A DNA stretch of 64,000 bases from an uncultured Actinomycetota bacterium. Lineage in GTDB: Bacteria > Actinomycetota > Actinomycetes > Propionibacteriales > Nocardioidaceae. The notes beneath the pieces were generated by a model. It was given only the letters and a program-made list of their open reading frames with translations. It was not told the DNA's origin and did not search any database. The translations under genes and the position numbers were made by a program. The DNA lies in contig CAWEUA010000017.1 of assembly GCA_963812055.1 (NCBI GenBank), positions 16,253 through 80,252 on the forward strand. Direction: 5' to 3'. This document shows, piece by piece, positions 41,488 to 50,033 of this stretch; positions within the stretch are counted from its first letter, which is position 1; each line of letters starts with the position of its first letter.

Positions 41488-42257
41488 CAGCGGTCTCCTT
41501 CCAGCGGTGCCTTCATCGGGGGCAGCAGTCCGTAGACGTCGTCGTCGTGGTGGTGGTGCGCGTGCGCGGCTCCCTCTGCCAGCTGGTCGGGAGGTCCGTC
41601 GTAGGTGATCCGGCCCTCCCGGAGAGCGATGACCCGGTCGATCAGGGGAGCGAACGGGCCGAGCTCGTGGAGTACGACGACGATGCTGGCGCCGGCGTCG
41701 GCCCGGCCGCCCAGCGTCTCGGCGATGGCCAGCTGGCTGGCGTGGTCGACGCCGGCGTTCGGCTCGTCGAGGAGGAGCAGGTCGGGCTCGCCGGCGAGAG
41801 TGCGTGCGACCAGGACCCGCTGCTGCTGTCCGCCCGACAGGGTCGCGACCGTGTGGCCCGCGCGGCCACCGAGCCCCACCAGGTCCACGGCGGCGTCGAC
41901 GAGGTCGTGCTCGTGCCGGGTCATCGGGAGGAACGGACGCCGCCGGGCGATGCGTCCGCTGGCGACGACCTCGCGGACGGTGGCGGGCACGCCCGTGCCG
42001 AGGTTGGAGCGCTGCGGGACGTAGCCGATGCGCTGCCAGTCGCGGAACCGGGGGAGCGGCGTACCGAAGAGCGAGACGGTGCCGGTGCTGACCGGGTTGA
42101 GCCCGACGAGGGCCTTGAGCAGGGTGGACTTGCCCGAGCCGTTGGCCCCGAGGACGGCCACCACCTGGCCGGTGTCGACCTCGAAGGTCACGTCCCGCAC
42201 GATCGGGCGCCCGTCGAGCACGACGCCGACCTGGTCGAGGGAGAGGAGAGCGGTCAC
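41487..42257 (-). CDS. znuC: Metal ABC transporter ATP-binding protein
   Basis: GANGSGKST, IGYVPQR, LSGGQQQR, LLLDEP, VLHE. Confidence 0.9.
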   Translation of the reverse strand: MTALLSLDQVGVVLDGRPIVRDVTFEVDTGQVVAVLGANGSGKSTLLKALVGLNPVSTGTVSLFGTPLPRFRDWQRIGYVPQRSNLGTGVPATVREVVASGRIARRRPFLPMTRHEHDLVDAAVDLVGLGGRAGHTVATLSGGQQQRVLVARTLAGEPDLLLLDEPNAGVDHASQLAIAETLGGRADAGASIVVVLHELGPFAPLIDRVIALREGRITYDGPPDQLAEGAAHAHHHHDDDVYGLLPPMKAPLEGDR

Positions 42258-43153
42258 GTGCAGTCGCCTGCTTTCGCGAGCGCGGCCAGGTTCTGCCGCA
42301 TCAGGGTGAGGTACGTCGCGTCCGGGTCATCCGAGCTGAGGCCCTCGATCGGGTCGAGCACCGCCGACCTGACACCGACGTCGCCGGCCAGGGACTCGGC
42401 CAGGTCGGGGCTGGCCAGGGTCTCGAAGAACACCGTGGTCACGCCCCGGTCCCGGATCAGGTTCGCGAGGTCGTGGAGGCGCTGCAGCGAGGGCTCGGCG
42501 TCGGGCTCGAGCCCGGCGATCGGGACGACGTCGACGCCGTACCGCCGGGCGAGGTACTCGAACGCGTCGTGGCTCACCACGATCGTGTCGACCCGGCAGT
42601 TCGCCAGGGTCCGGCGGTACTCCGCGTCCACGCGCCCGAGGTCGCGGACCAGGCGTCGGCCCTGCGCCCGGTAGTACGCCGCGTGCGCGGGGTCGGCCTC
42701 GGCCATCGTCGAGGCGAAGGCGCGGGTCGCCTCCGCCATCAGCGTGGGGTCCTGCCAGAAGTGCGGGTCCTTGTCGTCACTGGTGTGCTCGACGCCGGAA
42801 CCCGCCACCGGCGCGGCCAGCGGGACGACCGAGGTCACGTCGAGCGCACGGTCGGGGGAGTCGTTGTCCATCGCCTGGTCGATCGACGGCGCCACGCCGC
42901 GCTCGTAGAAGCCGACGCGGGCGTTGTCGATCTCGGCGACCTGGCGGACGGTGAGCTCGTACTCGTGCGGCTCGACACCCGGCGGGGTCAGGTCGACGAC
43001 GTCGTTGTAGCGACCGGCGACCCGCTCGGCGATGAAGTACAGCGGGTAGAACGACGCCACGACCGTGTGCTCACCGGACTTCGGGAGACGGCAGGCGGAG
43101 GTCAGGCCCGCCACCAGGCCCAGGGCCGTCAAGAGCAGCACCCACCGTCGCAT
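42254..43153 (-). CDS. znuA: Metal ABC transporter substrate-binding lipoprotein
   Basis: LTSAC lipobox; SFYPL, GVEPHEYE, DPHFWQDP, SHDAFEYL, FFETL, LDPIEGL. Confidence 0.9.
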   Translation of the reverse strand: MRRWVLLLTALGLVAGLTSACRLPKSGEHTVVASFYPLYFIAERVAGRYNDVVDLTPPGVEPHEYELTVRQVAEIDNARVGFYERGVAPSIDQAMDNDSPDRALDVTSVVPLAAPVAGSGVEHTSDDKDPHFWQDPTLMAEATRAFASTMAEADPAHAAYYRAQGRRLVRDLGRVDAEYRRTLANCRVDTIVVSHDAFEYLARRYGVDVVPIAGLEPDAEPSLQRLHDLANLIRDRGVTTVFFETLASPDLAESLAGDVGVRSAVLDPIEGLSSDDPDATYLTLMRQNLAALAKAGDCT

Positions 43154-43190
43154 GAGAATGATTCTCAGTGAGAATGAGAATCATTGTCAA
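43153..43190 (-). promoter_or_regulatory. Two Zur boxes overlapping a leaderless promoter of znuA
   Basis: TGAGAAT-G-ATTCTCA (43153-43167, perfect 7-1-7) and TGAGAAT-C-ATTGTCA (43175-43189); minus-strand TTGACA at 43190-43185 and GAGAAT 7 nt before the ATG. Confidence 0.85.
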
Positions 43191-43238
43191 GACCGCAGAG
43201 GGTCCGCGAGGAACGAGAGGACGCTCGTGGCGGTCGCA

Positions 43239-43295
43239 GGTTGAGCGAGCCCGCGACGAGGCGAGGGCGCGTCGGGCGAGTCGAAACCCGGTGAC
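43239..43295. repeat. Second copy of the REP-like extragenic element
   Basis: GGTTGAG...GGCGAGTCGAAACCCGGTGAC; 21-nt exact match to the reverse complement of 21514-21534. Confidence 0.55.
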
Positions 43296-43328
43296 CTCCG
43301 AGCCAACCTCGCCGAGTCGTCATATGAC

Positions 43329-43433
43329 GACTCGACGTGATTTCGGCGTACACACGCGCCGACTCGACGTGAGTTCGGCGTACACACGCGCCGACTCGAC
43401 GTGATTCGGGCGTCGACCTGCGCCGACTCGGCG
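43329..43433. repeat. 32-bp tandem repeat, 3 copies plus a partial
   Basis: GACTCGACGTGATTTCGGCGTACACACGCGCC (43329), GACTCGACGTGAGTTCGGCGTACACACGCGCC (43361), GACTCGACGTGATTCGGGCGTCGACCTGCGCC (43393), then GACTCGGCG. Confidence 0.9.
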
Positions 43434-44222
43434 TCAGTGGGTGATGAGCTCGAAGGACTGGCGGGCGAGGTCGGCGTCGGTGTCCCCGCCGGGCTCGGCG
43501 GTGTGGACGACGATCCGGGTGCGGTCGGCCCGGAACAGGTCGTGGGAGTGCTCGAACGGCGTGCCGTCGGCGCTCCGGGTGACCCGGGTGATCGACAGCA
43601 GCGGCTCCTCGCGGTCGATGCCCAGGATCGACGCGTCGTCGGGCGTGGCGCGCACCACCTCGATCCGCTCGGTGGTCTCCTGGGGCTCGATCGAGAAGTG
43701 CTCGTCCAGCAGCGCGTACAGCGAGCCGCCGAGCTGGTAGTCCAGCAGGCCGGGGAACAGCGCGACCGGCAGCCACGCGTGCTCCAGCGAGATCGGCGCG
43801 CCGTCGGCCAGCCGGATGCGGACGATCGCGAACACCAGCTGCCCGGGCTCGAGCTCGAGCGCCTCGCTGGTGGCCGCGGCCGCGGGCGCCGTCCCGGTGG
43901 AGAGGATCCGGGTACCCGCGGTGATGCCCTGCGCCGAGAGCAGCTCGGGGACGCTGCGGATGTGCGAGAGGTCGCGGTCGATCTTCTGGTGGCTGACGAA
44001 CGTCCCACCGCCGCGGCCGATCACCCGGCGTACGGCGCCCGCCTGCTCCATCATGCCCAGCGCCTGCCGCAGCGAGGAGCGGCTGACGCCGAGCTCCATC
44101 GCCAGGCTGCGCTCGGACCCGAGCCGCTGGCCCGGCTGCCAGCGCCCCTCGTCGATCCGGGCCTGGAGCTCGCGCTGGATGGACTCGGCCAGCGGGCCCT
44201 TGGCGTGCGAGATGCTCGTCAT
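43434..44222 (-). CDS. GntR (HutC/UTRA) family transcriptional regulator of the BMC locus
   Basis: GQRLGSERSLAMELGVSRSSLRQAL, GRGGGTFV, UTRA domain (RIRLADGAPISLE, FRADR). Confidence 0.9.
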   Translation of the reverse strand: MTSISHAKGPLAESIQRELQARIDEGRWQPGQRLGSERSLAMELGVSRSSLRQALGMMEQAGAVRRVIGRGGGTFVSHQKIDRDLSHIRSVPELLSAQGITAGTRILSTGTAPAAAATSEALELEPGQLVFAIVRIRLADGAPISLEHAWLPVALFPGLLDYQLGGSLYALLDEHFSIEPQETTERIEVVRATPDDASILGIDREEPLLSITRVTRSADGTPFEHSHDLFRADRTRIVVHTAEPGGDTDADLARQSFELITH

Positions 44223-44276
44223 GTCAGCGCCATTCTGTCGTCAGCACGTCACCCTCGGGGCCAGATCACGAGGACA

Positions 44277-45044
44277 TCACGAGGACATCGCGTCGAGCGA
44301 CTCGGGCAGCACCTGACCGCCGTCCACGGCGATGGCCTGCCCGGTCACGTACGCCGCCTCGTCCGTGGCGAGGAACAGGCAGACGTTGGCGATGTCGTCG
44401 ACGGTGCCGAGCTTGCCGGCGGGGATCGAGGCGGCCATCGAGCTCTGGTACTCCTCGCCGAGCTCGACGAGTCCCTCGGTGAGGATGTTGCCGGGCAGGA
44501 CGGCGTTGACCGTGATGTCCTTCCGGGCGAGCTCGACGGCCGCGGTCCGCATGAAGCCGAGCTGGCCGGCCTTGCTCGCGCCGTAGTGGGCCCAGCCGGG
44601 GAAGCCCGTGATCGGTCCGGTGATCGACGAGGTCAGGATCACCCGGCCGTGTCCCGACGCCTCGAGCGCCGGCAGGCAGGCGATCACCGAGAGCATGTTG
44701 CCCTTGAGGTTCGTGCCCAGCACCTGGTCGATGTCCGCGGACGACATCTCGGCGAGCTTCACGTCGGGGAAGATGCCGGCGTTCGCGCAGAGCACGTCGA
44801 TGCCGCCGTGGCGTTCGACGGCCGCGGCGGCCATCGCCGCGCAGGCGTCGGGGTCGACGACGTCGGCCGAGAACGCCGAGGCACCGTGGCCGAGCTCGTT
44901 CGCCGTCGCCGTCGCCGCGTCGCCGTCGCGACCGACGACGAGGACCTTCGCGCCGGCACGGGCGAAGCCCGCGGCGATGCCCTTGCCGATGCCCTTGCTG
45001 GCACCGGTGACGACCACCGACCGCCCCTCGAGCGATGTGAACAT
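44277..45044 (-). CDS. SDR oxidoreductase; 1-amino-2-propanol (amino-alcohol) dehydrogenase of RMM-type BMC loci
   Basis: [75 protein letters not shown]; closely resembles my recollection of the Rhodococcus/Mycobacterium amino-alcohol dehydrogenases. Confidence 0.9.
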   Translation of the reverse strand: MFTSLEGRSVVVTGASKGIGKGIAAGFARAGAKVLVVGRDGDAATATANELGHGASAFSADVVDPDACAAMAAAAVERHGGIDVLCANAGIFPDVKLAEMSSADIDQVLGTNLKGNMLSVIACLPALEASGHGRVILTSSITGPITGFPGWAHYGASKAGQLGFMRTAAVELARKDITVNAVLPGNILTEGLVELGEEYQSSMAASIPAGKLGTVDDIANVCLFLATDEAAYVTGQAIAVDGGQVLPESLDAMSS

Positions 45045-45066
45045 CCGATCCTCCATTCGTCCCACG

Positions 45067-46071
45067 TCAGGCGTGGCTCGACAGATACTCCTCCGCCAGG
45101 TGGCAGGTGCCTACGGCGTACGTGGGGGCGAGCTCCTGGGCGACGTCGACGTCGGCGTGCGAGCCGATCCACGCCAGGAGCAGCAGCCGGCGGAACATCA
45201 CGAACGTGCGCAGCTCGGCCTCGTCCTCGGCGGGCAGCGCGGCGACCCGGCGGTAGCCCTCGACCCACTCCTCGGTCGCGGCCGGCACGTCGGGATGGTC
45301 CTCGATGAAGCTGACCGCCGCGCCGAAGTCGTAGAGGAACCAGCCGAAGCCGCAGTCGTCGAAGTCGATCACCGCGGTCGGCGTGCCCGGGCTCTCCAGC
45401 AGGTTGGCCAGCCGGAGGTCGGCATGGATCAGGCCCCAGCGCTCCTGCCCCTGTCCGTACGCCGCGAGCCGGTCTCGGAGCGTCTCGTCGAGGCGGGTGA
45501 GCACCGGCGACGTGTCCGCGTCCACGCCTGGAGCGTCCTGCCACCGGCCCCAGCGCGCGATGCTGCCGAACGCCTCGTCGTACCCCCACGAGAAGCGGCG
45601 GAACCCGGCCGGTGGCTGCCAGGCACGCGCGTGGTCGTGCAGGCGGGCCGTGAGCTCGCCGAGCTCGGCGAAGTTGGCCACCAGCGAGTCCTCGGCGGGG
45701 GAGGCGCCGGGCAGCCACTCGAACATCACCGCCGAGCGTGGCGCCGTCTCGCCCTCGGGATCGGCAACCGTGAGCTCGCGCTCGCCGTCGCGGGCGGTGC
45801 GGATGGCGGGCGTCGTGATCACGCCGTCCTGCCGGAGCGCGTCGATCCAGGCCAGCTCGGAGCGGATCGCGCCGTCCGGGTGGTAGTCGAGCCGGTGCAC
45901 CCGCAGGGCGGCGGCCGTCCCGCCGTCGGGCGTCCGCACCGCGTACGTCGCGTTCTCGGACTGGTTGACCAGCTCGGCGGTCGTTCCCTCGGGCAGGTCG
46001 TACGACGCCAGCGCCTGCCGGGCGATGCGGTCGAGAGCGCTCGGCTCATGGGTGGAGGTGGACTCGCTCAC
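45067..46071 (-). CDS. APH/choline-kinase-fold phosphotransferase; amino-alcohol kinase of RMM-type loci
   Basis: [49 protein letters not shown]. Confidence 0.85.
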   Translation of the reverse strand: MSESTSTHEPSALDRIARQALASYDLPEGTTAELVNQSENATYAVRTPDGGTAAALRVHRLDYHPDGAIRSELAWIDALRQDGVITTPAIRTARDGERELTVADPEGETAPRSAVMFEWLPGASPAEDSLVANFAELGELTARLHDHARAWQPPAGFRRFSWGYDEAFGSIARWGRWQDAPGVDADTSPVLTRLDETLRDRLAAYGQGQERWGLIHADLRLANLLESPGTPTAVIDFDDCGFGWFLYDFGAAVSFIEDHPDVPAATEEWVEGYRRVAALPAEDEAELRTFVMFRRLLLLAWIGSHADVDVAQELAPTYAVGTCHLAEEYLSSHA

Positions 46072-46078
46072 GGGAGGA

Positions 46079-46744
46079 TCATCGCCCTTCGATCGACCCG
46101 AGCACCTCATCGATCGCCGCGAGAGCCGTCTCGATCGACCCGGAGTCACCGGCCAGGTAGAGCCGGCCCGCCGCACCGATCATCGAGACGTCGACCAGGG
46201 TCAGCCCCGGGGCGGCCTTCTCCGCCTCGTTGGCCGCGACCGCCGCGAACAGCGCGGGCGTCATCTCGCACACCAGCAGCGTCTGCCCCGGCATCACCAT
46301 CGAGGCCTGGCGCGTGCGGTTGACGATGATCGCGTGCTGGTCCGAGATGTCCTCGATGACGTCGCGGTAGAGCACCTGCGGCCGCAGCTGGTCGCCGGCC
46401 TTGGCACCGATCCCGGCCAGGATCGCCTCGCCCGCCCGGGCGACGTCGGCGGCATCCGCCGCATGCACCTCGAGCACGCCGAACTGGCGCTCCACGAACA
46501 GGATCCCCGGGTCGACGTCGGGGACCGCCTTGAGCGCGAGGTCGGTGACCCGCTCGATGGCGAGACCGGGCGCGACCTCGATGATCAGCGCGTGCTGACC
46601 GGCGAACGGCGGGTAGCCGCGGGCCCGCGTCGGGGTCCCGAGGTACGCCGCGAACTGGGGCTGCAGGTCGTGGATCGGCAGGTAGACCCGCAGATCCACG
46701 CCCAGCGCCCGCGTCGCGGCCGCCTCGGTGTCCAGGTGGGACAC
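46079..46744 (-). CDS. BMC-T tandem-domain microcompartment shell protein
   Basis: LRVYLPIHDLQPQFAAYL, IEVAPGLAIE, VERQFGVLE, AANEAEKAA, GAAGRLYLAG. Confidence 0.88.
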   Translation of the reverse strand: MSHLDTEAAATRALGVDLRVYLPIHDLQPQFAAYLGTPTRARGYPPFAGQHALIIEVAPGLAIERVTDLALKAVPDVDPGILFVERQFGVLEVHAADAADVARAGEAILAGIGAKAGDQLRPQVLYRDVIEDISDQHAIIVNRTRQASMVMPGQTLLVCEMTPALFAAVAANEAEKAAPGLTLVDVSMIGAAGRLYLAGDSGSIETALAAIDEVLGSIEGR

Positions 46745-46745
46745 G

Positions 46746-47027
46746 TCAGTCGGCGGCGATCGTGAAGTGTCTGCCGACCTCGACGTGCGGCCGCGGGATC
46801 ACGTGGACGGAGACCAGCTCGCCGACCTGCCCGGCCGCCTCCGACCCGGCCTCGGTGGCGGCCTTCACCGCACCGACGTCTCCGATGATGGTGACGGCGA
46901 CGAGTCCGTCGCCGACCTCCTCGCGGCCGACGATGGTGACGTTGGCGGCCTTGACCATGGCGTCCGCGGCCGCGAGCGCAGCGACGTACCCCTTGGTCTC
47001 GATCATGCCGATGGCGTTGTTGGCCAC
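46746..47027 (-). CDS. BMC-H hexameric shell protein (PduA/EutM-like)
   Basis: [42 protein letters not shown]. Confidence 0.96.
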   Translation of the reverse strand: MANNAIGMIETKGYVAALAAADAMVKAANVTIVGREEVGDGLVAVTIIGDVGAVKAATEAGSEAAGQVGELVSVHVIPRPHVEVGRHFTIAAD

Positions 47028-47037
47028 GGTTCTCTCC

Positions 47038-47340
47038 TTACCTCTCCTGACCCGGCTCTGCCGGGTCGGGGCTCGTGGTGCTGCTGTCGGACTGGCTGGA
47101 CTGGGGGTCGACGGAGCCGATGATCAGCGCGTCGACCGGTGGATGGCTCTCGCCGAACCAGGCGGAGGCGACGCTGCCCTGCACGACCAGGACCTCCTCA
47201 CCCACCCCGCTGCCGAGCACGTCGAAGGCGACGAACCTGGCCTCGGAGTCGTGGGCGCGGACCTCGAGGAACGCGCCGTGGGGGATCTCCTTCAGCCGAC
47301 GCGACGCCCAGATGGTGCCGGTCACGGTGGCGCGGATCAT
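47038..47340 (-). CDS. BMC-P pentameric vertex protein (EutN/CcmL family)
   Basis: [41 protein letters not shown]. Confidence 0.9.
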   Translation of the reverse strand: MIRATVTGTIWASRRLKEIPHGAFLEVRAHDSEARFVAFDVLGSGVGEEVLVVQGSVASAWFGESHPPVDALIIGSVDPQSSQSDSSTTSPDPAEPGQER

Positions 47341-47810
47341 CGCGTCTCCCTTCCCTGTACGGATGACGGCGTGGTGCGGTCGGTCCGCTCGATGACGACG
47401 CCGAGGGCCCGCGCCCGGTCGCGGGCCAGCGGCGTCACCACGGCTCGTGCGCCGATCCGCAACGTCCGCTGCTCACGGGCCGCTCGCTGGATGATGCGCT
47501 CGGTGACGGCGCCGCGCTCGACGTCGATCGGTCCGGGACCTGTGGGGGCGCCGGTGCCCGCGTCACCGGCCAGCCGGAACCGGATGCGCCCGGCGCGGAG
47601 GTCGGCGGCGCGGTCGGGGTTCTCGGCGAGGTTGAGCACCTGGGTCACGAGGTCGGCCAGGTCGTGGTCGTCGCGGACGCGCACCCGGCGTACGTCGTCT
47701 CCGGGCGGCGCGGCGGCGGTCTCCGGGTCGGAGGCTCCGCGCGGCAGCACCTCCTGCAGGACCTCGCGCACCATCTGCCGCAGGGCCGCGGTCGTGTCGG
47801 CATCGGTCAT
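47337..47810 (-). CDS. BMC-associated hypothetical protein with N-terminal encapsulation-peptide-like helix
   Basis: TTAALRQMVREVLQEVL at the N-terminus; C-terminal AVTERII...AVVTPLARDRARALGVVI; ATGA overlaps on both sides. Confidence 0.75.
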   Translation of the reverse strand: MTDADTTAALRQMVREVLQEVLPRGASDPETAAAPPGDDVRRVRVRDDHDLADLVTQVLNLAENPDRAADLRAGRIRFRLAGDAGTGAPTGPGPIDVERGAVTERIIQRAAREQRTLRIGARAVVTPLARDRARALGVVIERTDRTTPSSVQGRETR

Positions 47811-48448
47811 CCGACGACCTCCGCGAGCGAGGTGAGCGCGGACTCGGCGGCCTCGGCCGCGTGCCGCACGTCGGCCTCCTGGCCGCTCAGGTAGACCCGC
47901 CCGGTGGCGCCCACCATCCGGTAGTCGATGACCTTGATCCCGGGGCCGACGGCCTTCTCGGCCTCGTTCGTCGCCAGGATCGCGTACGACGCCGGCTGCA
48001 TCTCGAGCACGAACACCGACTCGCCCGGCAGGGCCATCGAGCCGAGCTTGTTGCGGTTGACCAGGAACGCGTGCTGGCTGTCGATACGGCTCATGATCGT
48101 GCTCGCCAGGACCTGGGGCCGGGTGGCCGACGACGCGCTCGTGTCGAGGTGCTCCAGCACGGCGCCGGCCGCCGCACGCACCGCGTCGTTGGGGCCGTGG
48201 AACTCCAGGTAGCCGAACTGGCGCTCGACGATCAGCATCCCCGACGAGATCCGCGCGTGCTTGAGCGCGACGTCGGTCAGCGGCTCGATGTCGAGCCCGG
48301 GGGAGACCTCGATGATCTGGGCCGCGTCGCCGGCGCGAGGCAGCGTGCCGCGGATCCAGGAGCCCAGGTAGCACATCGTCTGCGGCTGGAGCCGGTCGAG
48401 ATGGATGAAGCTGCGGAGCTGGGTGCTGGGTTCAGCCACGGTGCCCAC
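47807..48448 (-). CDS. Second BMC-T tandem-domain shell protein
   Basis: LRSFIHLDRLQPQ, IEVSPGLDIE, VERQFGYLEFH, ATNEAEKA, GATGRVYLSG; paralogous to 46079-46744. Confidence 0.88.
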   Translation of the reverse strand: MGTVAEPSTQLRSFIHLDRLQPQTMCYLGSWIRGTLPRAGDAAQIIEVSPGLDIEPLTDVALKHARISSGMLIVERQFGYLEFHGPNDAVRAAAGAVLEHLDTSASSATRPQVLASTIMSRIDSQHAFLVNRNKLGSMALPGESVFVLEMQPASYAILATNEAEKAVGPGIKVIDYRMVGATGRVYLSGQEADVRHAAEAAESALTSLAEVVG

Positions 48449-50033
48449 CGCCGATCAGGTCGTGGAGCTCTTCGACGATGATCCGGCGCAGCTCCTCGCG
48501 GAGGTCGTCGTCGTTCGTCGTCGCGGCCGCGCGCTCGCGGCGTGCCGGCTCGCGGGCAGCGCCGGCATCGTCGCGGGCATTGGACGGGGTCGGGTACGCC
48601 GGCACCGGGCCCGAGGCGGCGCGCCACGGCGTGAGCCCGGCGAAGTCGCCCATCGGCACCGACGCGTCGGCGTTGTGGGCCAGCCGGACCCAGTTGACCA
48701 GGTGGTCCGGTCGGAGGTTCTCGCCGACGGAGGACCCACCGGCGTACCCGGTGCCGATGGTCATCGTCGGCGCCAGGTGGGTCTCGATGCCGGCGCCCCC
48801 GAGGCTGTTGCCGACGTTCACCGAGACCCGGAGCACGTTGCAGGCGACGCCGAACTCGAGGATGGTCGCCGGGTCGGTCGAGTGCACGGCCGCGGAGTGG
48901 CCGGCGCCGCTGATGCGCAGCACGGCCCGCGCCGCCTTGATGCCCGCGGCGGCGCTGGGCACGCGGACCAGCCCCAGGAGCGGCGTCAGCTTCTCGCGGG
49001 CGAGCGGCTCCTCGGGCACCACCTGCTCGAACTCCGCGACCAGCACCTTCGTGTTGTGCGGCACCTGGACGCCCGCCTTCTCCGCCAACCAGGTGGCGGA
49101 CTTGCCCACGACCGCCGGGTCGAACCGGTCGTGGGGGAAGACGAGGTCGCGGACCAACACGGCCTGCTCGGCGTCGAGCAGGTAGGCGCCCGCGGACCGC
49201 ATCGCCCGGGTGAACGCATCGGCCACCCGGTCCTCGACGATCACCACCGACTCGTTCGTGCACAGGCACGAGTTGTCGAACGCCTTGGACTCGACGATCC
49301 GCCGAGCGGCGGCGTTGAGGTCGGCGGTGGCGTCGACGAGCACCGGCACGTTGCCGGGACCGACGCCGAGGGCCGGGGTACCGGAGCGGTACGCCGCGCG
49401 CACGACGGCGTTGCCGCCGGTCGCGACGATCGCACTGGTGCGTGTGTCGGTCATGAGGGCGTCGATCAGGGGGATCGTCGGTTCGCTCACGACCTGCACC
49501 ACTCCGGCTGGCGCCCCGGCTGCCTCGGCGGCGGCGCCCAGGACCCGAGACGCATCAGCACAGACGCGCTTCGCCATCGGGTGCGGACTCACCACGACGG
49601 CGTTGCGGGTCATCAGGCTGAGCAGGATCTTGAAGTAGACGGTGGCCACCGGGTTGGTCGACGGCGTGAGCGCCAGCACGACCCCGGCGGGGCGAGGCAC
49701 CTCGACGATCTTGAGCTCGTCGTCGATGCGGGGCGTGACGAAGTCGGCGCCGGCGTAGAAGTCGAGCACGCCGCGCGAGCACGCCTCGTTCTTGAGCCGT
49801 TTGTGCTCGACGACGCCGAAGCCGGTCTCGGCGACGGCGCGCTCGGCGTACTCCTGCGCGTGGTCCACCGCCGCGGCCACGACGGCCTCGAGGATCCGGT
49901 CCACCGCGGCCTTGTCGAGCATCCGGAACGCGCGGGAGGCCCACTCGGCACGCTCGAGCATCGCCCGCGCCTGCGGTACGTCGGTCGGCTCGGGCTCGAG
50001 GTACGTCGAGCTCAGGGATGTCGTCTCGCTCAT
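48432..50033 (-). CDS. CoA-acylating aldehyde dehydrogenase (EutE/PduP-like) with C-terminal encapsulation peptide
   Basis: PAGVVLALTPSTNP, ATGG, GVGPGNVP, SKAFDNSCLCTNE (catalytic Cys), EKLTP, GHSAAVH; C-terminal DDLREELRRIIVEELHDLIG. Confidence 0.92.
   Translation of the reverse strand: MSETTSLSSTYLEPEPTDVPQARAMLERAEWASRAFRMLDKAAVDRILEAVVAAAVDHAQEYAERAVAETGFGVVEHKRLKNEACSRGVLDFYAGADFVTPRIDDELKIVEVPRPAGVVLALTPSTNPVATVYFKILLSLMTRNAVVVSPHPMAKRVCADASRVLGAAAEAAGAPAGVVQVVSEPTIPLIDALMTDTRTSAIVATGGNAVVRAAYRSGTPALGVGPGNVPVLVDATADLNAAARRIVESKAFDNSCLCTNESVVIVEDRVADAFTRAMRSAGAYLLDAEQAVLVRDLVFPHDRFDPAVVGKSATWLAEKAGVQVPHNTKVLVAEFEQVVPEEPLAREKLTPLLGLVRVPSAAAGIKAARAVLRISGAGHSAAVHSTDPATILEFGVACNVLRVSVNVGNSLGGAGIETHLAPTMTIGTGYAGGSSVGENLRPDHLVNWVRLAHNADASVPMGDFAGLTPWRAASGPVPAYPTPSNARDDAGAAREPARRERAAATTNDDDLREELRRIIVEELHDLIGGGHRG

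Noticed and set aside
43329-43433. Possible mini-CRISPR array
   Set aside because: Units are contiguous and near-identical with no unique spacers, and there are no cas genes in the window; this is a tandem repeat.
45067-46071. Aminoglycoside resistance phosphotransferase
   Set aside because: The APH fold is shared, but its position inside the BMC operon next to the amino-alcohol dehydrogenase matches the RMM amino-alcohol kinase.
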